This document shows, piece after piece, positions 20,675 through 27,400 of a stretch of DNA of 64,000 nucleotides. A program made the position numbers and the translations under genes. The notes below the pieces were generated by a model, which was not told where the DNA came from, made no database searches, and was given only the letters and a program-made list of their open reading frames with translations. The DNA is taken from assembly GCA_039809865.1 (NCBI GenBank), contig JBDHVW010000011.1, positions 31,470-95,469 on the forward strand. The letters are read 5' to 3'. This DNA comes from Vulcanimicrobiota bacterium. Lineage in GTDB: Bacteria; Vulcanimicrobiota; Xenobia; Xenobiales; QWHO01. Within the stretch, counting starts at the first letter, position 1. The number at the start of each line of letters is the position of its first letter.

Positions 20675-21024
20675 ATCGTTTTCCTGCGTAGGAAAGGCTC
20701 GCGCTCCTCAAGAATCTTCGCTCTATGGTACTGGGGTTGGCGATGATCTTCCTGGCAATCTGGGTTCTCGGTTGGCGCCTGGCCGCCACCCGACCCGAAG
20801 TCTGGGGTGAGGTGGGACGTGCCGGTCAGACCCAGGGCGTGCTGCCGCCACCGGCTCTGCCCATCCGCGAGCTTCCCGTTCCGCAGCTCGTCAACACCGG
20901 AGCCGGCCCTCTCTTGACCGGCACGCGCCACAGCGCCGGTTGGCAGGCTCCCGACGGTACGCGCCTCTCGCTGAACTGATCCTTTCAGGATCTTTTCAGG
21001 ATCTCGGGCTATTCTTCGGCCGTC

Positions 21025-21432
21025 ATGCCGCTGTCGGACATCAAGAAGCGGGCTGCTCTGGTGTGCAGCCGTGTTTTGCAGGGGGCGCTGGAGCTGCTGG
21101 CTCAAGATGGTCCGGAGCAAGAGCTTTCCGGAGTGATCCGCGCCCGGCACGCCGAGTTGCACTTCTCACCCAGCCGCATCCACCTGAACCCCTTCGGACC
21201 CCTGGGGAGTCAGCGCGCGCGCGGATTGTTCCACTACCACGCGGATCAGGGCCGCGAGATCCAGGCGCTCTCACGCGACGGTCATCTGGAGACCTACACC
21301 TTTTATCGGCGCTCCGAAGAGCAGGCCTCGTTCGTCTGCTGGTACCAGCAGGTGCGCATCAACCGCCAGACCGGCGAGGTCAGCTACCGCGAGAACGACG
21401 CCTGGTACGAATGGGCGCTCAAAGCCGGGTAA
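21025..21432 (+). CDS. Hypothetical protein
   Basis: ORF with a non-repetitive composition. No motif recognised. Confidence 0.35.
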   Translation: MPLSDIKKRAALVCSRVLQGALELLAQDGPEQELSGVIRARHAELHFSPSRIHLNPFGPLGSQRARGLFHYHADQGREIQALSRDGHLETYTFYRRSEEQASFVCWYQQVRINRQTGEVSYRENDAWYEWALKAG

Positions 21433-21666
21433 AGCGCCAGATCACGCGGGCTCGCATGCCCGACGGCCTGCCCACCAGCGACTCCCCGACCTCTTCGAAG
21501 ACGACGGGCCGCTCGCCCGAGCGCGGACCGAGCCGGTAGACGCCGCGCAGATCGGGGCCCAGACGGATCTCCGGTCCGTCCACCACCTGCAGGATCAAGC
21601 TCGTCCCTTCGAGGCGCGCTTCGGCGAGCTGATCCGGCTCGAAGCGCCAGCGGCCGACGAGCTCCT

Positions 21667-23505
21667 TCACGCCGTCATCTGCGTGGGAGCGGGGGCGTTT
21701 AGCTCGCTCCTGGCCACGAGGTCGCCCTCGGGCTTGGTGCGACACTTGATGCCGCCGAAAAGTCCCAGCGTCTCGGGCGTCAGGTCGCGGCCCATGAAAT
21801 GCACGCGCTGGATGCCGGTAGGCATCTCCAGCATCAGCTTGCGCGCCACGTACACCTCCGAGCGACTGTCCCCTCCCAGGCCCACGAAGAAGCGCTGTCC
21901 GTCGTCGTTCACGCCGTGGCGACCGTTGAGGTAGTTGAACATGTCCTCGCTCGGGCGGTTGGGGTTGACGAACACCCCCGCCAGGCGCAAGACGCTCATT
22001 CCGGCCGCCTGCAGATCGCGCGCCGACAGATCCTCGTAGAGGGCCCGCCGCTCGGCCTCCTGGCGAAGGGCCGCCTCCTGTCGCACCAGCGCCACCTCGC
22101 GGCGACGGTGGAAGAACAGCTTGCGGTGGTAATTCAAGCGCTGCCAGATCGAGCCATCCGGACCTGGATGGCGGGGTAGACTCGCCTGCAGGTCGTCCTT
22201 CAGCCAACCAATCTGCACCTCGGCCGCCGCGCGGGCGTCGTTGAGCACCACCTGGCCCGGGCCGATGCACATCATGCGCATGTCGAGGTGGAACTCGCCC
22301 GGCTGCTCGACCGGGAAGACATGGCTCGGCTTCAGGCCATGATCGCGGGCAATGCTGGCCAGAGCGGCCTTCTCTCCGACTTTCAGCAGGTCGCGGGTCA
22401 CGGCGACGCTGTCGCGTCCCACCAGGCCGTAGCCCTCGCCGTTGGGAAGCGTGCCGAACAGCGCGTTCCCGCCCTCGACGTGGCTCAGGCCCTCGCGCAT
22501 GGACTGTTTGGAAGCCTGCGCCAGCGCCAGCAAACCCCACTGCAGGTTGCCCGCGCTTACGGAGCCCTGGCACGAGAACGCCGCCAGAGGGTAGTCGCTG
22601 GCCGCCAGGCTTTCGTAATCGTCCGAGTCGGGAACGGGCTCGTTGGGATAGAAACGCCGGATGCGATCGCGGTGCACGGCCTGGGGCACCCGCTCGGCAT
22701 CGTCGATGAAGGCCGGCACCACGACCCCACCGGCGAGCGTCCGCTCGCCATAATCCTCGGTCCAGATCTCCCCCGCCATCGACAGCGGCAGCACGGAGAC
22801 GTTCTCGGCGACCTCCTCGAGCACGGTGGGAACCGCCTCCTTGGGAGCTTCGGCCACCACGTGGTAGCCCTCGATCTCGCCGATGAGGCTCATCTGGTTG
22901 ACAAAATCCACCGAGACCGGATCGGAGCCGTCGCAAAACATCGCGTAGCCGGTGGGGTTGAGCGAGGCGTCTTTAGGCACGACCCGGTCGCCGACCTCGC
23001 TCTGGCGGGCTTTGAGGGACGCCTGACGCCTGGCATGCACGCCGTTGACCGTCTTCTTCAGCGATTTGGCGCCGACGTAGCGGTAGCGCCGAGGAGGCTC
23101 CTGGGGGCCATCGCCCTGCTTGCGCAACTGCTCGAAATCGAGCAGGGCCATTTCGTTACCGGTCGTGACGGCGTACGTGTGAATACTCTGGTCGTCGAAC
23201 TCTTGATTGAAGACACGGTCGCCGGTGACCAGAACGCCCTCGACGTCAGGTGACTTGAACTGCTGGACGGGCTCGACCGGGACGGGAACGGGCGGGAGCT
23301 TGCTGCCCACGACCAGCAGGCGCCACAGCGAGCCGACCAGGCCCGCCGTCCATTCGGCGGTCCGCTCGGCGATGCCCTCGGGACGCACACTGGAGGGCGA
23401 GGAGAGCTCCACCGAGTCGGTTGGCTCAGGAGGGCGCGTGGCCACCTGAGGCCGCAGGGCGACAGGGCCGGGCCGCAACGAAACCGACATGGGCTGAACG
23501 TTCAC
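21667..23505 (-). CDS. Large hypothetical protein with a C-terminal guanidino-group-modifying-enzyme (pentein fold: arginine deiminase / amidinotransferase-like) domain
   Basis: The C-terminal region contains 'FHLDMRMMCIGPGQVVLND' (H-L-D motif) and a near-terminal 'GGIKCRTK' (catalytic-Cys-like G-G-x-x-C-x-T). This is the arrangement seen in ADI, DDAH and amidinotransferases. GTG start at 23505; an ATG at 23490 is an alternative. Confidence 0.5.
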   Translation of the reverse strand: MNVQPMSVSLRPGPVALRPQVATRPPEPTDSVELSSPSSVRPEGIAERTAEWTAGLVGSLWRLLVVGSKLPPVPVPVEPVQQFKSPDVEGVLVTGDRVFNQEFDDQSIHTYAVTTGNEMALLDFEQLRKQGDGPQEPPRRYRYVGAKSLKKTVNGVHARRQASLKARQSEVGDRVVPKDASLNPTGYAMFCDGSDPVSVDFVNQMSLIGEIEGYHVVAEAPKEAVPTVLEEVAENVSVLPLSMAGEIWTEDYGERTLAGGVVVPAFIDDAERVPQAVHRDRIRRFYPNEPVPDSDDYESLAASDYPLAAFSCQGSVSAGNLQWGLLALAQASKQSMREGLSHVEGGNALFGTLPNGEGYGLVGRDSVAVTRDLLKVGEKAALASIARDHGLKPSHVFPVEQPGEFHLDMRMMCIGPGQVVLNDARAAAEVQIGWLKDDLQASLPRHPGPDGSIWQRLNYHRKLFFHRRREVALVRQEAALRQEAERRALYEDLSARDLQAAGMSVLRLAGVFVNPNRPSEDMFNYLNGRHGVNDDGQRFFVGLGGDSRSEVYVARKLMLEMPTGIQRVHFMGRDLTPETLGLFGGIKCRTKPEGDLVARSELNAPAPTQMTA

Positions 23506-23539
23506 ATGGTCAGTTTACGCAACGGTAATGAAATCGAGC

Positions 23540-24052
23540 TTAAACGGGGCGCTGATCCATCAGGCCCAGCAGCTGGCGGGCGGCTTCCTCGGCCGGGAGC
23601 AAAAACTCGCGGGCGGCGGAGTTCTCTTCCAGCATGGGCAGCCCGAGATTGAGGTAGCACAGGAGAGCTGTCATCGAGTTGTTCAAATCGTGGGCCCAGC
23701 GCCGGCGAGCCGCAACCTCGGGGGTCACGTCGAGGTGCAGGACCACGACGCCGTCGGGGATGCGCCAGATCGTGGCCAGGAAATGGCGCCGCTCGACCTC
23801 TTCGAAACAACTGTATTCTTGAGTTCCACGTTCGGTGGTGCGGGTGAGCACGCTCTCGAGCAAGCTCGCCAGCGGGCCGCCCTCAGTCGCGACCAGATCG
23901 CGATAGTTCTCGCCCGGCGGCGGTCGCACGCCGAGACCCGCGGAACGTCCCTGGAAGCTTTTCCAGGCCTCGTTGACCGCCAGGATCCGTCCATTGTCGT
24001 CAAGGCAAACCGCTTGCCCCGGCAGTTCCTCCAGGTTCAATCCACCCTCCGG
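23540..24052 (-). CDS. PAS domain + HisKA-like dimerisation/phosphoacceptor segment, with no ATPase domain
   Basis: PAS-like 'LDDNGRILAVNEAWKSFQG...' followed by 'WAHDLNNSMTALLCYLNLG' (H-box-like). The protein ends ~50 aa later with no N/G1/G2 boxes. The start is uncertain (TTG near 24052, or the upstream ATG at 24238). Confidence 0.45.
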   Translation of the reverse strand, partial: PEGGLNLEELPGQAVCLDDNGRILAVNEAWKSFQGRSAGLGVRPPPGENYRDLVATEGGPLASLLESVLTRTTERGTQEYSCFEEVERRHFLATIWRIPDGVVVLHLDVTPEVAARRRWAHDLNNSMTALLCYLNLGLPMLEENSAAREFLLPAEEAARQLLGLMDQRPV

Positions 24053-24119
24053 TCCGTCAAGCTTCGACGAAGCGTTTCTCCGCTCGTTGGTCCGACCCCC
24101 CCAGTCCCGACCAGAAATC

Positions 24120-24470
24120 TCAGGCCACTGCCTTCTGCAACATGAGCTCCGTGTCCACCCAGACGGCGAGCTCCTCGGGGCAAACGGGAGACTCGAGCAC
24201 GATGGAGGCCCTGTCCATTCCCGGCTGTACTCCCTCACTGCCGGCCAGGCAGACCAGCGGCATCCAGGGCGCTACCCAGCTCAGCTCGCTGAGCATATGG
24301 TTGGCGTGGCGGCCCGAGGACACCACCAGCTCGATCGACTCGCGCACGATGAGTTCGGTGGCCGAAGTGATGTCGGCCGCTTCGTGAACCCTGTGGCCGG
24401 CGGCTTTCAGGACGTTGCTCCAGCGCCGGCGGTCCAGCACCGAGCTCTCAACAATCAAAACGTTCGCCAT
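24120..24470 (-). CDS. Pseudo-receiver (REC-like) domain protein
   Basis: REC-like beta-alpha pattern 'ANVLIVESS...' but the acidic pocket and phospho-acceptor Asp are not conserved (ESS, VVSSG). Confidence 0.45.
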   Translation of the reverse strand: MANVLIVESSVLDRRRWSNVLKAAGHRVHEAADITSATELIVRESIELVVSSGRHANHMLSELSWVAPWMPLVCLAGSEGVQPGMDRASIVLESPVCPEELAVWVDTELMLQKAVA

Positions 24471-24497
24471 CGTGTATTCCTCCAGCTGGCTTTTCTG

Positions 24498-24511
24498 CTA
24501 TTAGAATAGCG
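24498..24511. promoter_or_regulatory. Inverted repeat GCTATT-AG-AATAGC in a divergent promoter region, possibly an operator
   Basis: Visible palindrome 'gctattagaatagc' 28 bp upstream of the pseudo-receiver start. A second GCTATT half-site lies at ~24690, inside the start of the NarL-type regulator gene. Confidence 0.35.
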
Positions 24512-24683
24512 AATCCGGCCCGGGGCCCGCATCGGGCGTCTCCCTCTCCCAAGAAGGGGGATCCCCCTGCGCAAAGGTAGGGGAAACCCCCATCGTCAGC
24601 AGTTGCCTGCCAGCTTCCCAGGTGCTAAACTCTGGTTACTGTGAGGGGCGGGTCAGAGCGGTTCCAGCGCTGAGTTTCGGGTT

Positions 24684-25322
24684 TTGAAAGCTATTGCCTT
24701 GACAAAAGTCGCGCTTGTGGACGACCACGATCTTGTCCGGGGGGCATTCCGCTCGATCCTGGCTCAGGAGCCCGATCTCGAGATCGTGGCCGAGCTCAGT
24801 TCGGCCGATCAGCTCGGGCTCTTGGAGACTTCCAAGCCCGACGTCGTCACCCTGGATTTGATGTTGCCCGGGCCACTATCGGGCCGGGACCTGGCGGTTC
24901 GAATCCGCGAAATGTACCCGTCACTCCACATTCTGGTCGTATCGCAGCGAATCGAGTCGGTCGAGTTACAATACCTCGTTCGCGCGGGCGTCAAAGGCTT
25001 CTTGAGCAAACGCAGCGCTTTCGAGGAGTTTAGCCGGGCCATCCGCACCGTGGCGGCGGGACAATTCTACTTCTGCCCGGAGTCCTCCAGCGCGCTCGCC
25101 TCTTCGGTCGGGGTCACGAACGACTCCCCCCTGAGCGACCGCGAGGTGGAGATCCTCTCGCGGGCCGCGCGTGGGGCCACCGTCAAAGAGATCGCCGACG
25201 CCCTGTGCATCTCCCCCAAGACGGTGGAGAAGCACCGGGGGAGTATTCTGCGCAAACTCGAGAGCCGCAATATCCTCGAGGCCCTGCAACGGGCCCGAGA
25301 GCTCAAGCTGCTGTCGGACTAG
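24684..25322 (+). CDS. NarL/FixJ-family response regulator (REC + LuxR-type HTH)
   Basis: 'VALVDDHDLVRG', 'DVVTLDLMLPG' and the conserved K in 'KGFLSK'. C-terminal 'SDREVEILSRAARGATVKEIADALCISPKTVEKHRGSILRKL' is a GerE/LuxR helix-turn-helix. Confidence 0.85.
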   Translation: MKAIALTKVALVDDHDLVRGAFRSILAQEPDLEIVAELSSADQLGLLETSKPDVVTLDLMLPGPLSGRDLAVRIREMYPSLHILVVSQRIESVELQYLVRAGVKGFLSKRSAFEEFSRAIRTVAAGQFYFCPESSSALASSVGVTNDSPLSDREVEILSRAARGATVKEIADALCISPKTVEKHRGSILRKLESRNILEALQRARELKLLSD

Positions 25323-26376
25323 CCTGCGATGGGGCCGCGACGACCCCGAAAGTCAGCCGGATCTCCAGGATGCGCTGGAGGTTGGCCATGAACACCTCCA
25401 CCACCCGGGGATCGAAATGCTTGCCGCTGCTGCGGTTGATCTCGGCTACCGCCTCCTCCACCGGCCAGGCCTTCTTGTAGGGACGCTCCGAGGTGAGCGC
25501 ATCGAAGACGTCGCAAACCGCGACCAGCCGGCCCACTACCGGAATATCCTCCCCGCTGAGACCCTGCGGATAGCCGGAGCCGTCCCACTTCTCGTGGTGC
25601 GTGCGCGCGATGACCTCGGCCATCTGCAGCAGCTCGCTGCGAGCTCCCGACAGGATGCGCGCCCCGATCTCGGCGTGCGATTTCATGACCTCCCATTCCT
25701 CGGGAGTCAGCTTGCCGGGTTTGAGCAAGATGTGGTCCGGAATACCGATCTTTCCCACGTCGTGCATGGCGCTCGCGTGCCGCAGCAGCTCCACCTGACG
25801 CTCCTCCATTCCCCAGGCCTCGCCCAGGACCGAGCAGTATTCGCCGATGCGATGAATATGGTTGCCGGTGTCGTCATCGCGATACTCGGCGGCCAGCAAC
25901 AGCCGGCGCACCACCTCCAGGTGCGCGTCCTCGACCTCGCGCGCGAGGTTGCACCTGGCTTCCAGATTGCGGCGATGAACGACCCGGAGCTCGAGCAGGT
26001 TGGTGAGCTTGATGACGGCCTCCTGGGCCGTGAAGGGCTTCTGCAAGAAGTCCCGGGCGCCCATCCGCAAAGCGCGCAGCCGAACCTCATCGCCCAGGTC
26101 GCCGGTCAGGGCCAGCACGGGAACCCAGCTCTCGTCGCTCTCCACGGCACGCAGCTCCTCGAGGATCTCCCAGCCGCTTTTCCCCGGCAGCTTGAGATCG
26201 AGCACGACGGCGTCGGGCCGGTGCTCCATGTACAGTCGATAAACCTCCTGGGGGTCGGAGGTGGTGATGACTCGGGTGAAGCCCTCTCGCGCCAGAATCT
26301 TCTGCAGCAGCATGAGCACGTGGGGCTCATCGTCCACGATGAGAATGCGAGAGTGTTTCAGGCGCAGGCTGTCCAT
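25303..26376 (-). CDS. Response regulator with an HD-GYP c-di-GMP phosphodiesterase domain (RpfG-like)
   Basis: REC: 'ILIVDDEPHV', 'VVLDLKLPG', 'FLQKP'. HD-GYP: 'HD' in 'AMHDVGKIGIPD', 'HHEKWDGSGYPQGL' (GYP) and 'ERPYK'. Confidence 0.9.
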   Translation of the reverse strand: MDSLRLKHSRILIVDDEPHVLMLLQKILAREGFTRVITTSDPQEVYRLYMEHRPDAVVLDLKLPGKSGWEILEELRAVESDESWVPVLALTGDLGDEVRLRALRMGARDFLQKPFTAQEAVIKLTNLLELRVVHRRNLEARCNLAREVEDAHLEVVRRLLLAAEYRDDDTGNHIHRIGEYCSVLGEAWGMEERQVELLRHASAMHDVGKIGIPDHILLKPGKLTPEEWEVMKSHAEIGARILSGARSELLQMAEVIARTHHEKWDGSGYPQGLSGEDIPVVGRLVAVCDVFDALTSERPYKKAWPVEEAVAEINRSSGKHFDPRVVEVFMANLQRILEIRLTFGVVAAPSQASPTAA

Positions 26377-26491
26377 CGAGTCGTCCTCCGGGGATAATTA
26401 CCTGCTGGCTCTATCGGCGTGAAGGAAAGACTTTGAAGGGGGTTCGCGAAAACGAGGCGCCTGAAATCAGCAATGTCAGGAGCGCCAGCCC

Positions 26492-27400
26492 GTGTTGAAA
26501 TGGCCTGTAATCGTGAATCCGAGCTCGGGCGGCGGCAAGGGAAAAGCTGCCGAGGAAGTCTTGCAGGCATTCTGCGAGGCCCATGACGGCGAGCTCTTCT
26601 ACACCGAGCAAGAGGGACAGGGCACCGAGATCGCGCGCCGGGCCGTCGAGGCCGGCGTGGAGCGCATCGTGGTGGGGGGCGGAGATGACACCGTGCGGGA
26701 GATCCTGGCGGGAATGCTGCACGTCGAGAAGCCTCCCCAGCTCGGAATCTTGCCGCTGGGAACCTACAACAACTTTGCGCGCACGCTGGGTCTGCCCCTC
26801 GACCCGGCCCAGGCCATCGAGGTCGCGGTCAAAGGCCACAAGATGGGGGTCGACCTGGGTCAGGTCAACGGCGAGCGCGTTTTCACCGAGAGCGTGGGCG
26901 TCGGCTTTCAGGCCGACGCCTGGTCCCACAAGCCCGAAGTGGAGCCGGTGGGGATGCGGCGCCTGCTCGCGGGCGCCAGCATCGCGCTCGAGACCCTGGG
27001 CCACTACGAGCCGCACCTGTTCTATCTCACCATCGATGGGGCCGAGCAGGCGATTCGCGCCATGGATATCACCGTGGCCAACACCCCGGAGTTTGCCAAC
27101 GCGGTCACGGCCGCTCCCCTGGCCAGCGTGTCCGACGGCGTTCTCGACGTCTGCACGATCAAAGAGCTCTCCATGTTCGAGTTCCTGGCCGCCGTGCCCC
27201 TGATCTTCTCGGGACTGCATGCCTCCCTGATGTCCTCGGTCGACTACCACACAGGCAAGAAGGTGATCATCCGCGCGCCGGCCGAATCCCACCGCTGCCC
27301 CGTGCGCGTGGACAGCAGCATCGATCTGGCTCTGCCGGTCACCATCGAGGTCCTGCCCAGTCGCATCCAGGTGAGGGTTCCCCAGACGCAGTGGCCTTGA
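26492..27400 (+). CDS. DAGK_cat-family kinase (YegS/BmrU/diacylglycerol-kinase-like; same fold superfamily as NAD kinases)
   Basis: 'VIVNPSSGGGKG', 'VVGGGDDTV' (GGDG-like), 'LGILPLGTYNNFAR' (compare GTGNDFAR) and a C-terminal 'SVSDGVLDV'. GTG start. The stop overlaps the start of the downstream SIR2 gene by 10 bp. Confidence 0.8.
   Translation: MLKWPVIVNPSSGGGKGKAAEEVLQAFCEAHDGELFYTEQEGQGTEIARRAVEAGVERIVVGGGDDTVREILAGMLHVEKPPQLGILPLGTYNNFARTLGLPLDPAQAIEVAVKGHKMGVDLGQVNGERVFTESVGVGFQADAWSHKPEVEPVGMRRLLAGASIALETLGHYEPHLFYLTIDGAEQAIRAMDITVANTPEFANAVTAAPLASVSDGVLDVCTIKELSMFEFLAAVPLIFSGLHASLMSSVDYHTGKKVIIRAPAESHRCPVRVDSSIDLALPVTIEVLPSRIQVRVPQTQWP

Noticed and set aside
20512-21162. 216-aa reverse ORF spanning the 20.5-21.2 kb intergenic and small-ORF region
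   Set aside because: G/A/S/R-rich translation overlapping two plus-strand ORFs. No start-site or motif support.
21419-23253. Overlapping ORFs 21419-22936 (-) and 22288-23253 (+) inside or opposite the pentein-domain gene
   Set aside because: Their composition is R/G/P/A-dominated or low-complexity. The 21667-23505 frame has the only motif-bearing, compositionally normal translation.
25171-26397. 408-aa plus-strand ORF opposite the HD-GYP regulator
   Set aside because: Antisense to a gene with unambiguous REC and HD-GYP motifs. No motifs of its own.
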